This document shows, piece after piece, positions 56,362-64,000 of a DNA stretch of 64,000 bases. The stretch is from an uncultured Verrucomicrobiae bacterium. GTDB lineage: Bacteria > Verrucomicrobiota > Verrucomicrobiia > Chthoniobacterales > UBA10450. Numbering within the stretch: the stretch's first letter is position 1; the number at the start of each line of letters is the position of its first letter. The notes beneath the pieces are model-generated. The model was not told where the DNA came from. It saw only the letters and a list, made by a program, of their open reading frames with translations, and did no database searches. The DNA is taken from NCBI GenBank assembly GCA_963772365.1, contig CAVYXA010000001.1:1056001-1120000 (forward strand), in the 5' to 3' direction. The translations under genes were made by a program, and so were the position numbers.

Positions 56362-58110
56362 TTAGGCATTGGAGATCGTCGCGATTGAGCCGTCGATCTT
56401 CCGGAAGCTGACGCTGAATTTCTCGGGATAAGTCAAGGCGCGGTCCCGCAGCATGCTGATCGCCACGGCTTCCCCGAGTTGAACAGAAGACGTGGTATCC
56501 GTTCGCCAGTGAATACCGGCGTGGATTCCATGAGCAAATGAGACATTGTTTGCCAGCTTGTTCAATTCGCCGTTGACCGTAAGCTGACCGGCGTCGCCGC
56601 CGGTATAGGGCAGAAGCGAAAGCCCGTCGTTACTCGGAACGACTGGATTCGGAATAACGAAATCGTTGTCGAAGAAAAACTTCAGAACCGTGATGCAAGC
56701 CCCAGCGACTGTGCCGTGCCCGGTTGGATAAGACGGATGCGTTGGCGAGCCTTCCGGGAAAGCCTGGGAAAGGAAATAATCGCCGTACCGGTTGAAGCTC
56801 GCCTGCACCGCCTGCGAGTTCAGCACGTTATCATCCAGAGTTCCATCCAAAGTGCCCCCCTGGCCGGTCAGAATCTGGCGAGCAATCGCACCACCCGACT
56901 CGGGCCGGTGGCGAAGATGAATCCACCACTTTTGATACCAGACGCTATTGAGCGCGAGCCGGGCCGCAGTGGCGAGCGATGCTGCAAAATCGGGTCCGCC
57001 GAATGTGCCAAAGCCATTTTGCTTGGTGGAATGCATGTACGGATTCCCTGGATTCACCGGAGCACCGATGGATCCGAGCACGAGGTAAGCAGTGAAGTAC
57101 TCCTGAAAGAGCACGTCCACGTGGGTAAACGCGCAAAGCCCACGGCCATTGTGGAGGTAACGCAACTGCGGATCGTATTGGAGCAGTACGCCGGTATCGA
57201 TGCCGTTTTGGACCTGCTGGAAGGTCGTGGGATCGGTCATGAAATCGATGTTTGGAACAAATGTGACCAACTGCTGACTGATCGGCTGCGCACCCATGAA
57301 GGTGGGTTGGAGATAAAACTGAGAGAGGTAAGGCCCGAGCGTGTCGCCAGGATAAGTGCCGCGAAAGAGAAGATCGGGCGTAACCTCGCCCGAACCGTTT
57401 CTTGGCCCTATGTAGGTGGGTTGATTTGTCAGCTCCGCGGCCGCTTGTGCCGCAATTGGATCTGAAGCGTAATCCGTGAATGCGACATCCCGCAATAGCG
57501 AAGCCCAATACATCTCGATTAATTCTGTGCCATAATCGGCACTCGCCAGAGCCGGCGCCGGCGGGACAACAACCTGGTTGATCTGATTTTCTGGACAAGG
57601 CGCATCGCCGAATTGCACGTCATCAGTGCCTTCCAATGCAAAGGCCCGGCCGCCTAGCGGGCCATTCTGCGTTCGAGGACCTCCGGTGATGACATTTTCG
57701 AAATCCTGAAAACGTCCCGTGTCAATCGCATGCCGAAAGGACTGAAACGCCGCCAGGTTCACCAAGCCGATGCCATCTTGCAGGAGTCCTTTGCTATAGG
57801 TGCCACACTTGTCATTGTAACGCTGCTCGTCGCCGTTTGTGGTGTGAGGCGGAACGTGAATAAGCGCTTCATCGCTCGCACATTTAATTCGGATCTGCTT
57901 GGCCTGGGCCACTCGATCAGGCGGCACGAGGCCACCTGTGCGAAAATTCTCCGACGCAGCGGAAGCAATCGTACCTCTGCCAAGCACCGCGCCGCCGGCC
58001 AGGGCCGCACCGATTTGACCCAGAAATCGGCGGCGGCTCGAACCCTTCTGCACAAGTTTCTTAAGAGAAGTCTCGTTAACGTCAGGTTCGCTTATTTTTT
58101 TCTTTTTCAT
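56362..58110 (-). CDS. Vanadium-dependent haloperoxidase-like protein with Tat signal
   Basis: SRRRFL Tat motif; WYQKW...RPE, HPSYPTGH, GELNKLA.N and AGIHWRTD. Confidence 0.88.
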   Translation of the reverse strand: MKKKKISEPDVNETSLKKLVQKGSSRRRFLGQIGAALAGGAVLGRGTIASAASENFRTGGLVPPDRVAQAKQIRIKCASDEALIHVPPHTTNGDEQRYNDKCGTYSKGLLQDGIGLVNLAAFQSFRHAIDTGRFQDFENVITGGPRTQNGPLGGRAFALEGTDDVQFGDAPCPENQINQVVVPPAPALASADYGTELIEMYWASLLRDVAFTDYASDPIAAQAAAELTNQPTYIGPRNGSGEVTPDLLFRGTYPGDTLGPYLSQFYLQPTFMGAQPISQQLVTFVPNIDFMTDPTTFQQVQNGIDTGVLLQYDPQLRYLHNGRGLCAFTHVDVLFQEYFTAYLVLGSIGAPVNPGNPYMHSTKQNGFGTFGGPDFAASLATAARLALNSVWYQKWWIHLRHRPESGGAIARQILTGQGGTLDGTLDDNVLNSQAVQASFNRYGDYFLSQAFPEGSPTHPSYPTGHGTVAGACITVLKFFFDNDFVIPNPVVPSNDGLSLLPYTGGDAGQLTVNGELNKLANNVSFAHGIHAGIHWRTDTTSSVQLGEAVAISMLRDRALTYPEKFSVSFRKIDGSIATISNA

Positions 58111-58327
58111 GAGAAGGCCTTCGATTGTCTGGGTTGGTTAACGCTGCGTGCGTTTAGGACCTTCGTGTTTACTCGACTGAAACAGAATCGATGCGACACC
58201 GGGTGATCTTTGCGCCGCTGTGCGTTTTTTCAGCGATCCTAATACTAAATCCGGTCCCTATCGTCAATTTCATAAATTGAACGTCGCCCCCGAGGGATAG
58301 TGTTGACGGCTTGTCAGTTGGAAGGAG

Positions 58328-58429
58328 ACCCTCACCTCAATCCTCTCCTTGGCAGGGAGAGGAGGACATAGGGCGCGGGTGCCTTGGGAATCGGGGTCGG
58401 GGGCCGTACGCGAAGTGCCAGGTGAGGGT
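58328..58429. repeat. Palindromic intergenic element (ACCCTCACCT...AGGTGAGGGT)
   Basis: 10-bp terminal inverted repeat plus internal hairpin TCCTCTCC/GGAGAGGA. Confidence 0.6.
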
Positions 58430-58694
58430 TGTGGAATTCGCCTCCCCGAACTGACAATGAACAAACACTGCCCCGCTAGAGCGTATGATCGACATTTTTC
58501 AAACACGCGTCTAGGCGTATCAGTGAGTATTGCGACGACGTTTCGCGAAGATCGCGATTGTCTTATCGATGAGCTACAACATCCGAATTCTCGTTTTGCC
58601 GTTTGCCACTGGCGGCGACTGAAACCGAATGCAAAAACAATTGCGTTACGAACCCGCGCCATACATTGAGGGGACTGCCTTGAGATTGAGTTCA

Positions 58695-59309
58695 ATGAGT
58701 GAAAAGCATTCGCCTCTGTCACGATTCGGCCGATGGGCGGCGGAATTGGTTCTGGTGTTTGTGGGCGTTTACGCGGCATTCTGGCTGAGCAATTATCAAC
58801 AGCGCCGACAGGATGCGCAGCGTCGGGACCAGATTCTGGCGTCGATCGAGCAAACGTTGCGGGAAGGAATCGAAAGCGGAAGAACCAATCGCATAAAGGA
58901 AGAACGGGTCGCGGCGGATTTTCAACGAGCACTCGATGCTGGTGAGATGCCGCCATTGCAGCCGTTTACTTTCATCACTGACTATCGGCCGAGCGATATC
59001 GCGACGGTGCTTCAGGGAGGCGGGATCGAGCTGCTCGATTTGAAAACACTGGCCGCACTGCGAAACGATGAATCGGTCATTCGCTGGGGATTGGCCCAGA
59101 TGGAGCGGTTCGAAAAACTAAGCGATCAACTGATCGTGCCGAATCTGGGCCAGGACGTTTCGTTCTTTTACGATCCTACGACCAAGAAACTGCGACGACA
59201 ATTCGAATGGTATCCCGAAGCGCTGCACGCGACCGTGAAATTTGCGTTCGACCTCGACCGCGTCCACAGCGATTTGCTCAAGCAAATTCAGTTCGAACGC
59301 AAGCACTGA
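58695..59309 (+). CDS. Hypothetical membrane-anchored protein
   Basis: ELVLVFVGVYAAFWLSNY TM followed by a helical domain. Confidence 0.65.
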   Translation: MSEKHSPLSRFGRWAAELVLVFVGVYAAFWLSNYQQRRQDAQRRDQILASIEQTLREGIESGRTNRIKEERVAADFQRALDAGEMPPLQPFTFITDYRPSDIATVLQGGGIELLDLKTLAALRNDESVIRWGLAQMERFEKLSDQLIVPNLGQDVSFFYDPTTKKLRRQFEWYPEALHATVKFAFDLDRVHSDLLKQIQFERKH

Positions 59310-59415
59310 GGCGGAGATAAATCTCGTTTTGCTCGTTACGGGAACAGAGACGATCAACGATCAGCCACGCGAGTGCTATTGAGACACCCTACTAGCCTCG
59401 AGACTTGCGCACTGA

Positions 59416-59847
59416 CTACAGGGCGGGCGTCGGTTTGATCACAAACGTCGATCGAATCTGAACGCTGGAAGTCTCGGGGTAGAGATTCAGACAGCCGAAG
59501 CGAATGTCCAGCACTCCCTGATTAGTGGGCGCGTTCGGAACGGTCCAATCGAAATATTGAATCCTGGGATTGCGCTGCTCGGTGAGAAGCATGTAAACCG
59601 TATTGCCGCCGTCGAGCGAAAGAAGAACTTCCGTCTCACACATTGACAGGTCCACATTTGGAAAGTCCGCCGTCCATTCAACTCTCACAACCTGGCCCGG
59701 CGTCAAAACGGCTCCCGGTCTCGGCGAGATCAGTCGGGCGCTATAATTTCTCTGTTTTGCAGGCTGAGCTAATGCAGTTCCAGGCAATTGGGCAGCCAAA
59801 GCAAATGTGAGCGCAAGCAATGCTAAAAGTAATCCATGGGGTTTCAT
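59416..59847 (-). CDS. Hypothetical secreted protein with Ig-like fold
   Basis: Signal peptide; ISPRPG...VEW...LSLDGG...FDWTVP. Confidence 0.65.
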   Translation of the reverse strand: MKPHGLLLALLALTFALAAQLPGTALAQPAKQRNYSARLISPRPGAVLTPGQVVRVEWTADFPNVDLSMCETEVLLSLDGGNTVYMLLTEQRNPRIQYFDWTVPNAPTNQGVLDIRFGCLNLYPETSSVQIRSTFVIKPTPAL

Positions 59848-60183
59848 TCTCTCATTGCACCCGAGTTGGGTTTAATTGTCAAGCTTTCGAACGAGACAGT
59901 GCGAAGATCGAACCCCCTTTCGCCAAATATTCCGGCAAGACAGGCAATCGATTGGGTGTAAACCGGAAAGCAAGTTCGTCGGAGTTTTTTACATATTTTG
60001 TGTTACCAGAATTTCCTCAAAAAAACTTTCGAAATTTTAAATTCTTTCGTATTAATACTTTATCGACGCTTCACGTAAATGATCGTCGCGATGGCACGTT
60101 TACAGCTATCGCCCGAGCGTGTCAGAAAACCCAGTTTCAACCACAAACCTTAAAATTAACACCCGCAAAACTGCTCTTCACTC

Positions 60184-60924
60184 ATGAACCTCTCATCAAA
60201 ATCAACCCAATCACTGTTCTTCATCGCTGCTGTCAACCTCTTCCTTCCGCTTTCCCTCTCAGCTACTCCTATCAGTTGGAGCGCGCCGCACAACATCACC
60301 GGAAATTCCGACGTGAATACCACCGGCAACGCCGTTCAGGCAGTGAATGTTAGTGGCCCGAGCACCACAGTAAATGGCGTGACTTTTGAGGATTTCATGA
60401 TAACCGGCGGAACTGTGACTTCAGGCCACTTCAGCCTGGCTGGCAATAATGGAGGGTTCGCTGGTTATGGCAGCGCGAACGCCCCTTTTGCAAACTTATC
60501 AGCCGAATATCAAACTCTCCTCAGCACCGGAAACTATGGGAGTGGTAACTCAACGATGACCCTCACGATCAGCGGTCTGACGCTGGGAGACACATATCAG
60601 CTTCAAGTCTGGATTAACGATTCGCGTGGGGCTTACGGGATGCAACCCGTTACGGCGACAGATGGAGTATTCAGTGTCACGCTGCTGGGTGACACAACCG
60701 GCCTTGAGGGTGGTACTGGGCAATACGCGCTACTCAGTTTCGTTGCCACCGGCGATGAGACAATCACGTTTCAAGGAGCTCCCGGTTCCGGCACAACCGA
60801 GGAGGCTTTCCAGCTGCGTGACATCACCGGCGCCCCGTCCGTTCCTGAGAGCGGCATGACCGTATCACTCCTCGGCATCTCACTCGCTAGCATCGGCTTT
60901 CTTCGCCGGAAACTGAGTTCGTAA
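60184..60924 (+). CDS. PEP-CTERM (VPDSG-type) exosortase-sorted surface protein
   Basis: Signal peptide, T/G/S-rich body, C-terminal VPESGMTVSLLGISLASIGFLRRK. Confidence 0.85.
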   Translation: MNLSSKSTQSLFFIAAVNLFLPLSLSATPISWSAPHNITGNSDVNTTGNAVQAVNVSGPSTTVNGVTFEDFMITGGTVTSGHFSLAGNNGGFAGYGSANAPFANLSAEYQTLLSTGNYGSGNSTMTLTISGLTLGDTYQLQVWINDSRGAYGMQPVTATDGVFSVTLLGDTTGLEGGTGQYALLSFVATGDETITFQGAPGSGTTEEAFQLRDITGAPSVPESGMTVSLLGISLASIGFLRRKLSS

Positions 60925-61071
60925 GGGCCGAAGATTCTTTCAGTAATATCGCGACTCAAGTTTCGCGGGTGTTTCGCCAGATAGGGTGACGCCGCTGTTA
61001 CCTTTGCGAGCCGCGGAAGTTTGGCGGCAAAAGGAGGCAAGCGGGAGTGGCGCGACTTCTTGAGCGCTCGA

Positions 61072-61482
61072 TTATCCGTGATGACGGCGGCGTTTGACGT
61101 GCAATTGAGCAAGAGCTTTTTGCAGTGAGGCCTGGATGGCGGCAACTTCTTCCTTGCCCAAATCTTCCTTCATGGCGGCTTTCGCGCGCTCGACCGCTGC
61201 CTCCGCTGCGGCGACGTCGATCTTCTCCGCTTCTAAGGCCATATCGGTGAGGACGGAGACGGCGTCGGCTTTGATTTCAACGAAGCCTTCTCCGACAGCC
61301 ATGGATGTTTCGCGTCCATTTTTCAAAACGCGCAATTCACCGGGCTTTAGTGTGGTCAGCAGCGGTACGTGCTTTGCATAAACACCGAGCTCACCTTCCG
61401 CGCCAGGCAACGTCACCATGTCCACATCTTCGGAGTAGATCTTCTCCTCCGGTGTCACGATCTCGAGCTTGAGGGTTGCCAT
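61072..61482 (-). CDS. atpC: ATP synthase F1 epsilon subunit
   Basis: LEIVTPE, GELGV..KHVPLLT and GFVEI; downstream of atpD. Confidence 0.96.
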   Translation of the reverse strand: MATLKLEIVTPEEKIYSEDVDMVTLPGAEGELGVYAKHVPLLTTLKPGELRVLKNGRETSMAVGEGFVEIKADAVSVLTDMALEAEKIDVAAAEAAVERAKAAMKEDLGKEEVAAIQASLQKALAQLHVKRRRHHG

Positions 61483-61498
61483 CTTATACAGCCTCTAC

Positions 61499-61589
61499 TG
61501 TCATGTTGAGTGAAGCGAAAGATCTCTCGCCGTTGCTTCGAGCGAGGCTTGGAAATGATGTGAGATTCTTCGCTCTGCTCAGAATGACA
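61499..61589. repeat. TGTCAT...ATGACA palindromic intergenic repeat
   Basis: TGTCATGTTGAGTGAAGCGAAAGATCTC ... GAGATTCTTCGCTCTGCTCAGAATGACA. Confidence 0.85.
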
Positions 61590-61652
61590 TTCTTAGTATG
61601 GCTTCTGGTCATTTACTTTTTCCCCGCTTCAACGCTTCAACGTCTCAACCCC

Positions 61653-63215
<1,563 letters not shown>

Positions 63216-63251
63216 GGACCATTCGTATCATCAGGTTTTGCGACGCCATGA

Positions 63252-64000
63252 TTACCCGCCGAGCGCCATTTGCGCAGTAGCAATTTCGAGCAGCTCCGTC
63301 GTAATACTGGCCTGCCGCATCTTGTTGTATTCGAGGGTCAAATCCTTGATGAACTGATGCGCATTATCGGTCGCGTTTTTCATCGCGACCATCCTGGCGC
63401 TGTGCTCGGATGCGCGCGCGTCCAGGATCATCTGGAAAACCTGATACTGGATGTAATACGGCAGCATGGCATCGAGAACGGTCTCCGCGTTCGGTTCAAA
63501 AATGTAACCCACAAGAGGATCGATATCTTCCTGGGCCGAGTCGTCGTGTTTCTTCGGCAGATCGAACGCGCTGATTGGCAACAAGGTTTGAACAACCGGC
63601 CGCTGATTGACGGTGTTGATGAAATGCGTGTGCACCACAGAAACTTTGTCCACTTCGTGAGCAAGGAATTTTTCGATGCAGAACTTCGAAATCGCCTTAG
63701 TCTCGACGAAGCTCGGCGAATCTTTCAGCTCAAAATCGGCAAGAAACTCGCGCCTGGTTCGCGCGATGAACTGCCGTGCTTTTTTTCCCGTCACGACGAA
63801 TACCGTCTTGTTGACGTCGAAAGCTGAAGCTTCACGAAGCAGGTTTGTGTTCAGCGCGCCCGCCAAACCTTTGTCAGTGCTAATTACCAGCACCAGCTCT
63901 TTTTTGACCTCGCGGATATCCAAGAGCGGATGGAGCCGCGGATCAGTTCGTTTCTGAAGTGAGACGAGGACTCTATTCATCAACGCGGCATAGGGTCGGC
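63252..64000 (-). CDS. atpG: ATP synthase F1 gamma subunit (5' end outside window)
   Basis: TDKGLAG, ASEHSARMVAMKNATDNA and RQASITTEL motifs. Confidence 0.97.
   Translation of the reverse strand, partial: RPYAALMNRVLVSLQKRTDPRLHPLLDIREVKKELVLVISTDKGLAGALNTNLLREASAFDVNKTVFVVTGKKARQFIARTRREFLADFELKDSPSFVETKAISKFCIEKFLAHEVDKVSVVHTHFINTVNQRPVVQTLLPISAFDLPKKHDDSAQEDIDPLVGYIFEPNAETVLDAMLPYYIQYQVFQMILDARASEHSARMVAMKNATDNAHQFIKDLTLEYNKMRQASITTELLEIATAQMALGG

Overview
This is a GC-rich bacterial chromosome segment. Gene content, a VPxSG-type PEP-CTERM protein and the repeat families suggest a soil Verrucomicrobiota/Chthoniobacterales-like organism (inference). The backbone carries housekeeping genes: aas, rsmA fused to a NUDIX domain, tkt, a Ca2+/H+ antiporter, dnaB-rplI, rsmD, waaA, dnaE, ubiE/menG, pntAB and atpG(partial)-atpD-atpC. 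A ~10.3 kb genomic island is integrated at the 3' end of tRNA-Glu(TTC), bounded by a 26-bp direct repeat (20054-20079 / 30401-30426). It encodes a tyrosine integrase, an excisionase-like HTH and an AbiEii-type toxin-antitoxin pair. It also carries the most unusual system in the window: a transglutaminase-like Cys-His/TPR membrane protein followed by three 'mini-Rhs' genes. Each is signal peptide + Rhs core/DPxG motif + variable tip, with no YD repeats, and is followed by small immunity-like membrane ORFs. Two of the three are preceded by a duplicated unit encoding an unannotated 34-aa Fst/Ldr-like hydrophobic peptide plus a remnant of the large gene's 3' end. Right of the island is a probable sphingolipid cluster: fatty-acid hydroxylase, serine palmitoyltransferase-like enzyme, GNAT ceramide synthase-like enzyme, GT2, two CDP-alcohol phosphotransferases, NTP transferase, SDR, GT-C and flippase. 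Several palindromic repeat families occur, including REP-like elements inserted in frame in dnaE and a lipid kinase, and a decayed RAYT flanked by REP doublets. A DnaA-box cluster lies upstream of rsmA. No CRISPR array or rRNA was seen.
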